IMG/VR virus record: IMGVR_UViG_3300048854_000081
Span: 64,001 to 128,000 of that record
DNA length: 64,000 nt
Reading direction: 5' to 3' (one strand)
From: a virus
Lineage: Duplodnaviria; Caudoviricetes
The notes under the pieces are model-generated. The model was given only the letters and a program-made list of their open reading frames with translations. It made no database searches and was not told the origin of the DNA. The position numbers and the translations under genes were made by a program. Positions 24,859 through 35,308 of this stretch are shown piece after piece (within the stretch, counting starts at the first letter, position 1; every line of letters starts with the position of its first letter).

Positions 24859-26682
24859 TTATTCCATCATATACTTTTTACGCAGATTTGCATCCTTACC
24901 ATACATCATATTGAAAAGTTCAACGTCGTCGATGACAATCGTTTCATAGTAAGGATCGCTGATGATATCCTTATATTCTTCAATACGCAAAGAACCCAGT
25001 CCTTTGATGTATGCAAGCTCGTATCCGCTGGTTGAACCCTTGAAAGCATCCAATTCAGTCTTATCATAGAAATAATGACGTTGCTTCTTGCTTCTCAGGA
25101 TGTAACGAGGCGAGTTCAGAATCTTAACTCTACCATGTTCAAACAATTCCGGCCAGTTGTAGAAGAAATTGATCAATAGGCAGCGGATCGAAAATCCATC
25201 CACGTCTTGGTCAGTGGTGATAGCAATCGTACCATAATTCAAGGTCTTTGCTGGTTTACCCAGTTCAAGACCTAGCACCACCATCAATTCGCTTAGAGCA
25301 CCACTGGAAAGGATTTCCTTGTTCGATTTGTCGAATGTGTTAAGAATCTTACCACGAAGTGGAATAGCACCCTGCGTTTCCGAATTTCTAACTGAGACGA
25401 ACTGTCCGATAGCCGAGTCACCTTCCGTAATGAAGAGTGTCTTCTTCTCAAAGATGGAAGAGGTAGCAGGGATATGCTTGGCTACTTTCTTTTTCTTTAG
25501 GTTATTATTCTTCTTACGTTCTTCGGCAAGGTCTGCTGCACGTTGCTTGGCAAGCTGTGTCTCAATGATTGGCATCAAGATCGCTTCATTCTTTAGAATT
25601 TGCTTAGCAATATTCTCATAGTCAACATGGGACAGATGTTCAGCCACCTCTTGTGAGGTATTGGTCAAACGCTCCTTGGTCTGAGAATCGAACTTCATAT
25701 TCTTAAAATTACGGATAACCGAAACCAACTGAATATGAGACTTGATCTGCGCTGGCATGATATCGAACTTATGCTTCTTCTTGATACCTTCGCGCAGCGT
25801 AGCGACCACACCATTCATAATGTAATCAATATGCGAGCCACCTGAGTACAGAGTCAGGCCATTGACCACAGAATGATAACGTAATTCAGCTTCAGGTGAT
25901 GGCATGAAGCCTAGAATGACATTCTCATCACTATAAACGATAGCATTCTCACCAAATTTGGATACATAAGCCTTCGGTGTACCCATCTTGATAGGCGTAC
26001 CGTTGAACTTAAATGTAATATTAGGATAAGCAACCGCGAGACCGACAATACGGTCTTCGATGAGCTTTATCATGGTTTCATCAAACTTTTCCAGTGAAAA
26101 ACGCTGGAAATCAGGCTGAATAGTGACTTTCGTGTACTTTTTAGTCGATTTTGTGACCTTTACAGACACAATCTTAGCATTGTCTACGCATTCAACAACG
26201 AACTTTTGGGAACCATCGGAGGTTTCACCGTGGAACTTCTTACTAAAAATGTTGGATAGTGCGGAGCCCACACCATTCATACCAGCCGTGACGCGATTAG
26301 CATCATCGTTAAAGTTGGAACCAGCCTTGGTCTTGCACCAAGCCGCCTGCGGACGATAGATATCGGAACCATCTACATCCTTGACCTTATCGACGGGAAT
26401 ACCACGTCCATTGTCTAGAACGGTAAAGGTGGTGTCTGTGACATCGATGTCGATCTTGTCAGCGAACTTCCCTTGGGTTCGTGTGTATTCGTCTACGGAA
26501 TTGTCAATTAGCTCATTGACGATCTTGAATAGACCGGGATTGTAATGGACAGAAGCATAATTGTAGTTAAGGAATAATTCCTTCTTCTCAATCGATGTCG
26601 ATCCAATGTAGATAGCTGGTCTAAGTAATACGTGCGAAATATCGTCTAATATTTTGAAATCTTTTTGTTCTTCTTTTTTCAT
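24859..26682 (-). CDS. type II DNA topoisomerase large subunit (gp39+60-like, unsplit)
   Basis: ELIDNSVDE, DNGRGIP, EGDSA, PLRGK, DQDVDG, YIKGLGS. Confidence 0.95.
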   Translation of the reverse strand: MKKEEQKDFKILDDISHVLLRPAIYIGSTSIEKKELFLNYNYASVHYNPGLFKIVNELIDNSVDEYTRTQGKFADKIDIDVTDTTFTVLDNGRGIPVDKVKDVDGSDIYRPQAAWCKTKAGSNFNDDANRVTAGMNGVGSALSNIFSKKFHGETSDGSQKFVVECVDNAKIVSVKVTKSTKKYTKVTIQPDFQRFSLEKFDETMIKLIEDRIVGLAVAYPNITFKFNGTPIKMGTPKAYVSKFGENAIVYSDENVILGFMPSPEAELRYHSVVNGLTLYSGGSHIDYIMNGVVATLREGIKKKHKFDIMPAQIKSHIQLVSVIRNFKNMKFDSQTKERLTNTSQEVAEHLSHVDYENIAKQILKNEAILMPIIETQLAKQRAADLAEERKKNNNLKKKKVAKHIPATSSIFEKKTLFITEGDSAIGQFVSVRNSETQGAIPLRGKILNTFDKSNKEILSSGALSELMVVLGLELGKPAKTLNYGTIAITTDQDVDGFSIRCLLINFFYNWPELFEHGRVKILNSPRYILRSKKQRHYFYDKTELDAFKGSTSGYELAYIKGLGSLRIEEYKDIISDPYYETIVIDDVELFNMMYGKDANLRKKYMME

Positions 26683-26734
26683 CTTATGTCTTCTAAAAAT
26701 TCTATTTATTAGTCAAATTGGAGCACTATAAAAG

Positions 26735-26770
26735 AAAAAATCTGGAACCTGTGAAGATTCCAGATTTTTT
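26735..26770 (-). terminator. intrinsic terminator
   Basis: AAAAAATCTGGAA...TTCCAGATTTTTT. Confidence 0.75.
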
Positions 26771-26789
26771 ATGTCCAAATCCGCGAGAT

Positions 26790-27161
26790 TTAGTCGAACA
26801 GCTTGTTAACTAGTTCGCTGATGGCGATACGCTTACGGACACGGGTGCCCTTAACGGTCTTGCTTAGACGAACGTATGGCTGACCACCGATCATTTCCTG
26901 AGCAACGTAGTCGCCGTAGGTGTTTGAGTATACACGACCGTCAGCGGTAAGTGCATAGTTGTTAAAGCTAGGAATGGTCTTGTCGTTAGGAACCGAAGCC
27001 CAACGCTCACCAGCAACGATGTCGGAAACGTGACGACGGTCAATGCCGTAGATGTTGCCTAGAGCGGTTGAGGAAATACCATTTGCGTGGTGACGACGGA
27101 TATCGATTACGTCAGAGACGGTTAGCTTTTGTCTTGTTTGATTGCTCATATTTTTCTCCAA
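26790..27161 (-). CDS. HTH + NUMOD4-like DNA-binding protein (no HNH)
   Basis: KLT..DV..IR...LG..YGI....VS.IV...RW followed by F.NY.....GRVYS. Confidence 0.7.
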   Translation of the reverse strand: MEKNMSNQTRQKLTVSDVIDIRRHHANGISSTALGNIYGIDRRHVSDIVAGERWASVPNDKTIPSFNNYALTADGRVYSNTYGDYVAQEMIGGQPYVRLSKTVKGTRVRKRIAISELVNKLFD

Positions 27162-27204
27162 TTAGGTTATATATGTTTACGAACGTGCGGCTATTATCAC
27201 AAAA

Positions 27205-27591
27205 TTATTCAGGAGTGTCAACAGTTTTTTCAGGATTTACGGGACTTGTGTTAGAATTAGCCGTAGCGACCTGTACTGCGATAGACTGAATAGCGCGCTG
27301 GTAGTAAAGTTCGTTGTAGATACCCTGCAAGAGAGCCGTAGGCTTCTTAATGAAATATAGGAGGGTATCGATACTAGTCCTGAATAGGAGAGTGATAGCG
27401 AAGGCAGTCTGGAAGGACACTAGATTCGTATGGAAATCTTGCACAACGAATGTGTTCCATACAAAATAAATGAGTGCCGAATAGATAAGGGAATTGATTA
27501 TTACACTGAAGGCCACTTTCGACCAATATGTAATAACCCCCGTGATGATTGCAGTTTGTCTAACTTGGGTTTGTGACATGATAGTATCCAA
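27205..27591 (-). CDS. membrane protein
   Basis: Two hydrophobic segments. Confidence 0.7.
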   Translation of the reverse strand: MDTIMSQTQVRQTAIITGVITYWSKVAFSVIINSLIYSALIYFVWNTFVVQDFHTNLVSFQTAFAITLLFRTSIDTLLYFIKKPTALLQGIYNELYYQRAIQSIAVQVATANSNTSPVNPEKTVDTPE

Positions 27592-27622
27592 TTTTAACGA
27601 ATACTATCATAGCTCTCATTTG

Positions 27623-27889
27623 TTAGCAAGCTTGAGTTTCAACTGATGTCTGCAACGCTAGAATGGCATCCTCTAACGATGTGTAAGCATTTGATTCATC
27701 TACCAAAAGTGTACCCGCATTACAATCTAGAAGCGCAATATATTTAATATCCGTAACGAATACGGTATCAGCCGAAGGGATGATCTTAATTTCTACTTGA
27801 ATGCAAGTACCTTTCTTGACAGAATTGTCATCCAAAATCCACATAGGATCGTTTGGTGTAAAATTGTAATCAACTGTGTAAGTGCCCAT
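27623..27889 (-). CDS. small SH3/Tudor-like late protein
   Basis: F..ND..W.LD...VKKG.C...Y..LL; same motif starts two mucin-like proteins. Confidence 0.75.
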   Translation of the reverse strand: MGTYTVDYNFTPNDPMWILDDNSVKKGTCIQVEIKIIPSADTVFVTDIKYIALLDCNAGTLLVDESNAYTSLEDAILALQTSVETQAC

Positions 27890-27907
27890 AGACCGGTTTC
27901 CTGTATT

Positions 27908-28651
27908 TTATTTAAGGGATAAATCTTTATCATTCAGCTTGTTGCCAAAATCATAAAGTTTTTCCATATAACCATTGTTTCTTAACGTCTTAAATACAAG
28001 ATTCTCCAAAGAAAATTCTCCACCCTTAGAAATAGATGCCTGACGCATCTTCTTTATTTTGTCTTGTAGATTTTTAACGGTTGTTTCATTTGTATTTCCG
28101 TCATTAATGATGGCATCGATTTCATCCATCAATTTCTTCGCCTTGACTTTGATTTCTTTTTCATCATAGACAAGGTTCTCTTCTTTGGTCGGTTCTCTGA
28201 CCCATGTATCCTTTACTAAAGAATAGATACCTGCATTACCTGATGGTAACTCGGCTTTATCCTGTGCGTATACCTCAACATCATGGCCTTTAATTGTTAC
28301 ATCATGACCATCGTTCCATAAGGTTTTCTTGGCCTTAAAGCAATCATCTAGATCAAAATCTGATCCATCACCTTCACAATCATTACAAATCTTTGAATAA
28401 TCTAAAATTACATGTAAATCAACGTCGGACAATCTAGACCAATTATAGTTGGCATTTGACCCAGTAAGGATAACATCAACAACAGATTCCTTGGGAGCTT
28501 TTAAAGCCACTAGGAAAGAGTTGGCGATTTCTTTAAGAGCAGATTTGACATCATCTTTCATCTGCATACCATCCCATAGCTTAGGATTAAGCTTGTCGTG
28601 GTATTCTAGGTGTGTTTTCAATGCTTTAAGAGCAATTTCAGTAAGTAGCAT
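27908..28651 (-). CDS. Pol-beta-superfamily nucleotidyltransferase
   Basis: LTGSNANYNW...SDVDLHV, VEVY; late promoter at 28674. Confidence 0.85.
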   Translation of the reverse strand: MLLTEIALKALKTHLEYHDKLNPKLWDGMQMKDDVKSALKEIANSFLVALKAPKESVVDVILTGSNANYNWSRLSDVDLHVILDYSKICNDCEGDGSDFDLDDCFKAKKTLWNDGHDVTIKGHDVEVYAQDKAELPSGNAGIYSLVKDTWVREPTKEENLVYDEKEIKVKAKKLMDEIDAIINDGNTNETTVKNLQDKIKKMRQASISKGGEFSLENLVFKTLRNNGYMEKLYDFGNKLNDKDLSLK

Positions 28652-28676
28652 GTTTAGATGTCTTTTATGTGGTTAT

Positions 28677-29351
28677 TTATGCTAGAGGGTCACTAATGAC
28701 CGGCTGAACGCCATATTTTGTACGTCTATACATTACATTATTGGCATGTAAGTCGTTAGCAAATTTTAAGTTCTTGATCATGTCATGTATGACTTTGACA
28801 GCCTCAGAAAGATTTTCATCTGTAATGTTGCTGGTATCACCATATTCGATGGCTGAATGAATGTTCTGAACCCATGTCGAATGTAGAGAATAGGTTTCAC
28901 TATTATGATAGAAACGAATATTATCAGGTTCAGAAGAGGTTTCAATGATATCTTTAGCAACCATATCAGTAAATGTTCTTTCAATAAGAGTACTTACCTC
29001 TTCAGGTTCCAACTCCTTAGCACTAATCAATTTCTCAATAGTATACTTGTGAGATTGCTGACCGTTAGGATCACTAACAGTTTTAATGTTGTAAACTCGT
29101 GGGAAGTAGGGATTACCAGTTAATTTATGTTCAACAATGTATTCAACATAATCATTGAACGGATCATGATCTTCAAAATTATGATTATATTTCTTAATCA
29201 TATGTGGATCACGGTCTGGTCTGGCAACAGAAAAATGTCCCGATCCTATCTTGTTTCTAGGATCGGGAACCTTGTCACCATCGAGATTGCGATTTAAGGT
29301 CACATTCTGTCTGGTTGGAATAATATCTTCAAGTATCGTTTGAATTTTCAT
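28677..29351 (-). CDS. protein-kinase-like protein
   Basis: IGSGHFS, MIKK, DLH..NVM, ISDP; late promoter at 29373. Confidence 0.75.
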   Translation of the reverse strand: MKIQTILEDIIPTRQNVTLNRNLDGDKVPDPRNKIGSGHFSVARPDRDPHMIKKYNHNFEDHDPFNDYVEYIVEHKLTGNPYFPRVYNIKTVSDPNGQQSHKYTIEKLISAKELEPEEVSTLIERTFTDMVAKDIIETSSEPDNIRFYHNSETYSLHSTWVQNIHSAIEYGDTSNITDENLSEAVKVIHDMIKNLKFANDLHANNVMYRRTKYGVQPVISDPLA

Positions 29352-29424
29352 AATAGTAGGTCAACTTCCCAATATTTATGTATGTGAAGACCAAAACATA
29401 CTATTACGTTACTTACTTTTCACC

Positions 29425-30870
29425 TTAAATTGCTGGTGTTTGTGTGACTGTTACGGTTGGCGTCAATGTTACCGATGGTGTGATAGAAATTGTAGGCGAT
29501 ACTGTAGGTGTCACGGTTGCGGCTGGCGTGCCCGTAACTGCTGGTGTAAGTGTTGGATTTGGAGTAACCGAAATCGTTACGGTTACTGCTGGTGTACCTG
29601 TGTGCGTTGGTGTAATCGTCAATGTAGGCGATGCTGTAACTGTTGGAGTTGGTGATACCGACACGTTTGGCGACACTGTTACTGCTGGTGTTCCTGAAAT
29701 GGTCGGTGTCACTGTTGCGGTAGCTGTTGGAGTAACTGTTACAGGTGGTGTACCGCTTACTGCAACGCTACGAGTGACGGATGGAGTAACCGTTACGGCT
29801 GGTGTTCCACTTACGGTAGCGGTGTGCGTAGGAGTAACAGTGACAGCGGCAGAGTGAGTTACAGAAGGTGTGGTCGTCAACGTTGGGGTTGGGCTTGGCG
29901 AATGAGTTACAGAGGGTGTGGAGGAAGCGGCTAGCGTTCCTGTAACGGTTCTAGTGGCTGTTGGTGTAGGTGTTGGCTGGACTACCGATCCGGATTTGGA
30001 TGGAGTTACCGTAGGTGTAGGTGTTGGCGAGAATAGAACTTGAGTCTGCGATACAGAAATTGTACCTGTTGGTGTTGGAGAAGTAAGAACTTCGTGTGCA
30101 CCCACGCTCTTCAACGAAAGTTGGGATACTCTGAATTGCTTATTAATAGCTAAAGGTGTCTTAAACTGACTATCTTCAAACAATTCGACTCTAATCTTTA
30201 GGCTTTCGGCTGCTCCCGAATTGATCACACAATCCACGATACCAGTATCAAATACTAGAACGTTAAGTAGTTCATTGTTCGACCGACTTGGGTTGATCTG
30301 AGCATCACCAAATAGTTCAGTATTATCATAATAGATTGATATGACAGCATATCTACCAGACAATGCAATATAGTTTAGATAAAGCGAATAGTCAGTATTT
30401 GCATGAACGGTTGGTACAGTACCTTCAAAATAGGTTTCTGTATTGCCTGTACTGGTAAACGTAAAGGTTCCATGATCAGCAGTTACAGTGCCGCCAACTT
30501 GTGTTGTAGACATAGGCCACATCAAATTGTTACCAAGTAATTGATACTTGTTAGAAACCGTCATCGAAGGTGTGACAGTTGGGAATGGTGTACCTGTTAC
30601 AGGTGGAGTAGACGATGCGGTGATCGTTGGAGTAGGAGTCACGCTACGCTGTAAGAAAATTTCAGCATAGCTTTGTAATGCAAATACATTTGCAGCTAAG
30701 ACATTGATAGTTGATCCAGTCGTTAGCAGAACGTCATAAGACGTTATATTAGGAAATGTTCCGTGAGTTCCCGTGCATATACCATTAGATATGGTACGGG
30801 TTGATACATCAACCACCCAAATACTATCATCAATTTGATATGGTGTGTACCCGTGTATATTATTACGCAT
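29425..30870 (-). CDS. mucin-like Thr/Pro/Ser-rich protein with jelly-roll-like domain
   Basis: SH3-like N-terminus, beta-rich ~150-aa domain, ~220-aa TP stalk; start at MRNNIHG. Confidence 0.85.
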   Translation of the reverse strand: MRNNIHGYTPYQIDDSIWVVDVSTRTISNGICTGTHGTFPNITSYDVLLTTGSTINVLAANVFALQSYAEIFLQRSVTPTPTITASSTPPVTGTPFPTVTPSMTVSNKYQLLGNNLMWPMSTTQVGGTVTADHGTFTFTSTGNTETYFEGTVPTVHANTDYSLYLNYIALSGRYAVISIYYDNTELFGDAQINPSRSNNELLNVLVFDTGIVDCVINSGAAESLKIRVELFEDSQFKTPLAINKQFRVSQLSLKSVGAHEVLTSPTPTGTISVSQTQVLFSPTPTPTVTPSKSGSVVQPTPTPTATRTVTGTLAASSTPSVTHSPSPTPTLTTTPSVTHSAAVTVTPTHTATVSGTPAVTVTPSVTRSVAVSGTPPVTVTPTATATVTPTISGTPAVTVSPNVSVSPTPTVTASPTLTITPTHTGTPAVTVTISVTPNPTLTPAVTGTPAATVTPTVSPTISITPSVTLTPTVTVTQTPAI

Positions 30871-31064
30871 GATTAATATTCCGTTATTAATTGCATAATG
30901 TAAACAATAAAATATGAAACCCGTCATCCTTGACAGGAATCATAAACCTTGAAAACAGTATGCAGAAAAAGCCGCTGAGCGACCACTAAAACTATTTAGT
31001 CGGTGGGTCACTCAACAGCCCATAAATAATCTGTTTTAACGGAATTTATGTGATTCGTATCACA

Positions 31065-31736
31065 TTATAGGACAAACTCAATTTCAAGCTTGGTGTTCTC
31101 GATAACAGCCGCGATATTGGCTCGTGCCTTCTTCTCATACGTATTGTAAAAATAGGGGGTATTATAGATACGTTTCTTCTTCAAAAGTGTTTCAAGAAAC
31201 TTGACCCTGTTACCTAACATGACTTTGCGGCTATAACCGAGAACAGCATATTCTTTAAGAATCAGATCAGAGGTCTTGTATACTCGATCATACTCTTCAC
31301 CAAACCCAGCCATGTCAACATCTAACATAATTTGTGTGACAATGTGAGTGCTCTCCGGCCAATCTTTCAAATGATGCTCTGTTGCAAGAATAGCATTCTT
31401 AGCAATAGTCATGGTTTCAGATAGGATTATGTTGTTATGCACGATAAGTTCATCGTGATAAATCTCACTGAAGCTGGCCTGAAATAGGTCTACAGACTCT
31501 TTTTCATTCGATGTTGTAGCAAATGGGAATGGTGAATAGATTGCATCATGGAACCAAATTGCCCAAAGCAAGCCAAGATTATAGGATGGATGTGGCATTG
31601 CAGAAGGAACATTGGATTGATATTCGCTTAATTTTGAAAGCAAATAGTGGATGTGGTCTAGGTTGTGATAATGGCGACCGGGACTGTTGTACAATGGAAT
31701 CAACAGTTGAAGTGCTTTAGGTGAAATCATGTACAT
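31065..31736 (-). CDS. HD-superfamily phosphohydrolase (COG4339-like)
   Basis: RHYHNLDHI, AIWFHDAIY, NE..S, ILAT.HH, D.D. Confidence 0.85.
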   Translation of the reverse strand: MYMISPKALQLLIPLYNSPGRHYHNLDHIHYLLSKLSEYQSNVPSAMPHPSYNLGLLWAIWFHDAIYSPFPFATTSNEKESVDLFQASFSEIYHDELIVHNNIILSETMTIAKNAILATEHHLKDWPESTHIVTQIMLDVDMAGFGEEYDRVYKTSDLILKEYAVLGYSRKVMLGNRVKFLETLLKKKRIYNTPYFYNTYEKKARANIAAVIENTKLEIEFVL

Positions 31737-31766
31737 AAAAATCCCTTGGTTTTAGGCCAAGGGATT
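31737..31766 (-). terminator. nrdB terminator hairpin overlapping next RBS
   Basis: Minus strand AATCCCTTGG-loop-CCAAGGGATTTTT. Confidence 0.7.
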
Positions 31767-31788
31767 CTACTACACATGAAGATTAGAA

Positions 31789-32889
31789 TCAATCTAAAGT
31801 AAAATTACCAAAATCATGATCGGTCAAATCGTTCTTCATACCACCGATGACATAGCTTGAAATTTCTGTTTCTTGTGGTGCAACCTGCATGTCACCAGAG
31901 GAAAGGTACTTTTCAGTCCATGAAAGAGGATTCTTGGTGGAATAGTTGGTCTTGAGACCGATATTCTTCATTCTCTTACCAGCAATGTATTCAACGTAAT
32001 CGGAAAGAATCTTCTCATTCAAACCAAGCATCGAACCTTCGCTGAAGAGATACTTACACCATTCTTTCTCTTGAGAAATGATAGATTCATAGATACCGCG
32101 AATTTCTTCTAAGGAATCCTGATAAATCTCCACCATTTCCGGATCATCATCACCACTAGCCCATTTCTTCAAGATATTCTGAGTAATGGCAAGGTGTAGC
32201 GATTCATCACGAGCAATAGTAGCAATCTGCTTAGCATTACCTTCCATCAAACCCTGTTCAGCGAATGCGAACGAGCAAGCAAAGGATGCATAGAAGCTCA
32301 AGCCTTCAAGGGCATTGATCGAAGCCACGCAGAGCACTAGCTTCTTCTTCAACTGCGTTAGGGTCAGTTTCGATACACCAGCACGCCATAAGTTCGATTC
32401 ATTGATAAAATCATCGTAATACTTGACTGTATTGGCTGCACGTTCCTTAATTGACTCATCAAGGATGATGCCGTTTAGCAGATCACCAGCAACAGCGTAC
32501 ACATTCTTAAGAATGTAGTTGTACGATCTATTGTGTAGACCTTCGAAGGCTGTCCACCACGTAATACACGTTTCCAATTCTGGAATGGTTACGAATGGAA
32601 GTAGAGCCAACGATGGACTACGGCCCTGAATACTATCTAAAACAATCTGATAGCTTAGAGTTTTGACCCAAATATGCTTTTGTGTATCACTAAGCATCTT
32701 GAAGTCATTCTTATCCTTTGAAATATCGAATTCTTCTGGTCGCCAGAAGAATCCAATTTGCTTGTCAATTAGCTTATCAAAGATAGGATGAGTTGGTTCA
32801 TCGTAACGAGCGATGTTAGGTTGTTCACCAAAGAACATATACTGTTCTTTGGTGACGTTAGGTTGCGTGTTAAATACGGTTTCTTTCAT
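31789..32889 (-). CDS. nrdB: class Ia ribonucleotide reductase beta subunit
   Basis: FFWRPEE, LDSIQGR, E..H..SY, LEG..FY.SFA, RDE.LH, VAPQETEI.SY. Confidence 0.97.
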   Translation of the reverse strand: MKETVFNTQPNVTKEQYMFFGEQPNIARYDEPTHPIFDKLIDKQIGFFWRPEEFDISKDKNDFKMLSDTQKHIWVKTLSYQIVLDSIQGRSPSLALLPFVTIPELETCITWWTAFEGLHNRSYNYILKNVYAVAGDLLNGIILDESIKERAANTVKYYDDFINESNLWRAGVSKLTLTQLKKKLVLCVASINALEGLSFYASFACSFAFAEQGLMEGNAKQIATIARDESLHLAITQNILKKWASGDDDPEMVEIYQDSLEEIRGIYESIISQEKEWCKYLFSEGSMLGLNEKILSDYVEYIAGKRMKNIGLKTNYSTKNPLSWTEKYLSSGDMQVAPQETEISSYVIGGMKNDLTDHDFGNFTLD

Positions 32890-32905
32890 TTTTATCCTAA
32901 ATTAT

Positions 32906-35221
32906 TCAAATTGAGCAAGATTCACATTCAGAAGATTCGACTTCGAAAGCAGGTTCGGGTGCTATTTCAACCTTATCTACCTTCTTGTCATCTACCACAA
33001 CCTCATCTTCGCGACCATCACGGGTATTATGATAATAGAGAGTCTTAAGTCCGTACATATTTGCCTTAAGAATGTCACCCATCAATACCGACATAGGAAT
33101 CTCGGCACCTTCGAAGTGCTCCGGATTGTATGATAGGTTGGTCGAGATAGACTGGCATGTGAACTTCTGAATAACGGCCATCATCTTAATGATACCGTCC
33201 ATGTCTCGCATATCCCAAAGCATATCATACTTGTTCTTTAAACGCATGTATTCAGGAACAACCTGCTTCGAAACGTTATGCTTGTTAGGCTTAACTGTGA
33301 TCAAGCTTCTAACCGGCTCAACACCGTTGGTGCTGTTCATGATCTTGGAGCTAGATTCAGCAGGCATCATGGCAGTTAGGGTTGCATTGCGGATACCATG
33401 CTTAGCCAACTCTTCACGAAGCCACTTCCAATCAAGGTTCAATACGTTAGGAACGATCTTATCGACATTCTTATTGTAATGATCGATTGGCATGATGCCC
33501 TGTGACCACTTGGTTTCATCAAAACCTAAACAAGGACCGCGTTCCTTAGCCAATTCAATAGATGCCTTGATGCAGTAGAACTCAATGGCTTCCATCGTAT
33601 CGTGCATGAGCTTGTAGCCATCATCAGACGAATAGGAGACACCATTCTTAGCCAAATAGTAGGCTAGGTTGGTGATACCAATACCCAATGGACGATACTT
33701 CATGGTCGAAGTCTTAGCAGCCGGAACCATGTAATCCTGATAATCAAGAAGATTGTCAAGCATTCTTACAGCATTGCGGCAAGTTACTTCTAGATCATCC
33801 AATGACTTAACGTTACCAAGATTGATAGCAGCAAGCGTACATAGAGCGATTTCGCCTTCAGGATCATCCAAACTCTTCAATGGCTTGGTTGGGAGAGTGA
33901 TTTCCTGACACAAGTTGCTGGTAGTGATTGGAACATTGAAGTTCGAATGGGAGTTTACGTTATCGACGTTGAACACGTAGATACGACCAGTTTCCTTTCT
34001 CTCTGTAGTTAAAGTAGTGAAGAGTTCAATCGCTGGGATCGACTTCTTTCTAATCTTTGGATCATTCTCATACTTTTCGTAAAGTTCAATAAACTTTGCC
34101 TTATCCGAGAACATGGCATCGTATAGACCCGGAACATCAGATGGCGAGAACAATGTGATGTTCTGCTTCTTGATGAAGCGATTATATAAGTAATTGTTTA
34201 TCTGGATTGAGTAATCGAGCTTGCGTACGCGAGTGTCCGGAGTACCCTTGTTATTCTTAAGAACAAGAATATCGAGGATTTCACTGTGCCATAGCGAAGC
34301 TGTCAATGTTGCAGAAGCACCACGAACACCACCTTGTGAACATGACTTCAGAGCGCTCTCAAACATTCTGTAGAACGGTACGACACCAGTATGCTTAACA
34401 GCCTTTTCCTTACCCACCGGAGCGCCTTCAGCGCGGATACGGGAGGCATCAATACCAATACCAGCCTTCTTGCTAGCATACTTAACAATGGAGCCAGCAG
34501 CAGCAATGATCGAATCCAGATTGTCATCGGATGAGATAAGTGTGCAGCTTGAGAACTGTTTTGTTGGGCTACGCAAACCAGCCATGATTGGAGTTGGAAG
34601 ACTCAAATCCCATGACGAAAAGGTATTGTACTGTGACTTGATGTCCTTGACGCTCTTGGTGTCGAGGGCAGAAATGGCAGCAGCGAGAATGTAAGTAATC
34701 TGTGGAGTCTCTAGTGGAGTAACTTCCTTAAGAGAACGATCACGCATAGCATACTTGGTCATGTATTCGGTAATACCGATGTATGACATGTGGAAATCGC
34801 GATCATGATCGACGATGGTTTCAATACGATCCCAATCGCTTTCACTATAGTCTTCTAACAGATGTGCATGGTAATAATTACCTTCGACCATCTTCTTAAC
34901 ATGGTCATATAGACGTGGAGGATTCATACCACCCCAAGCCTGTTTACGTATTTCATAATTCATCAAATTACCAGCAACGTACTGATAATTAACAGAAGTT
35001 TCAGAGATTAGATCAGCAGCCGACTTGATAAGTGCTGCATGGATATCCTTAGATGAGATTCCATCATAGACAGATAAATGAGCTTTCATAGCAATATCCG
35101 AGACGGATACGCCAGTGATACCTTCGCACGCTTTTTCTAGGATATTATGTATCTTATCGAGGTTTAACTGTTCTTTCTCTCCGTTTCTTTTTAAAACAAA
35201 AATCTTACTTTCATCTACCAT
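32906..35221 (-). CDS. nrdA: class Ia ribonucleotide reductase alpha subunit
   Basis: ATP cone, QFSSC, SQGGVRG, SNLCQEI, ALCTL, C-terminal CESC. Confidence 0.97.
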   Translation of the reverse strand: MVDESKIFVLKRNGEKEQLNLDKIHNILEKACEGITGVSVSDIAMKAHLSVYDGISSKDIHAALIKSAADLISETSVNYQYVAGNLMNYEIRKQAWGGMNPPRLYDHVKKMVEGNYYHAHLLEDYSESDWDRIETIVDHDRDFHMSYIGITEYMTKYAMRDRSLKEVTPLETPQITYILAAAISALDTKSVKDIKSQYNTFSSWDLSLPTPIMAGLRSPTKQFSSCTLISSDDNLDSIIAAAGSIVKYASKKAGIGIDASRIRAEGAPVGKEKAVKHTGVVPFYRMFESALKSCSQGGVRGASATLTASLWHSEILDILVLKNNKGTPDTRVRKLDYSIQINNYLYNRFIKKQNITLFSPSDVPGLYDAMFSDKAKFIELYEKYENDPKIRKKSIPAIELFTTLTTERKETGRIYVFNVDNVNSHSNFNVPITTSNLCQEITLPTKPLKSLDDPEGEIALCTLAAINLGNVKSLDDLEVTCRNAVRMLDNLLDYQDYMVPAAKTSTMKYRPLGIGITNLAYYLAKNGVSYSSDDGYKLMHDTMEAIEFYCIKASIELAKERGPCLGFDETKWSQGIMPIDHYNKNVDKIVPNVLNLDWKWLREELAKHGIRNATLTAMMPAESSSKIMNSTNGVEPVRSLITVKPNKHNVSKQVVPEYMRLKNKYDMLWDMRDMDGIIKMMAVIQKFTCQSISTNLSYNPEHFEGAEIPMSVLMGDILKANMYGLKTLYYHNTRDGREDEVVVDDKKVDKVEIAPEPAFEVESSECESCSI

Positions 35222-35308
35222 TTCTTGTCCTTAGTATTCTCGTCTTGCAGTGGTTTAATATTTAGACTACCACTTTTTCTTATCTTATTTCGTTGAAGAA
35301 TCATCACC

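Noticed and set aside
26790-27161. Active homing endonuclease
   Set aside because: HTH and NUMOD4-like parts only; no HNH or GIY-YIG catalytic motif
23535-35221. Introns or inteins in topoisomerase and nrdAB
   Set aside because: Normal lengths and uninterrupted motifs
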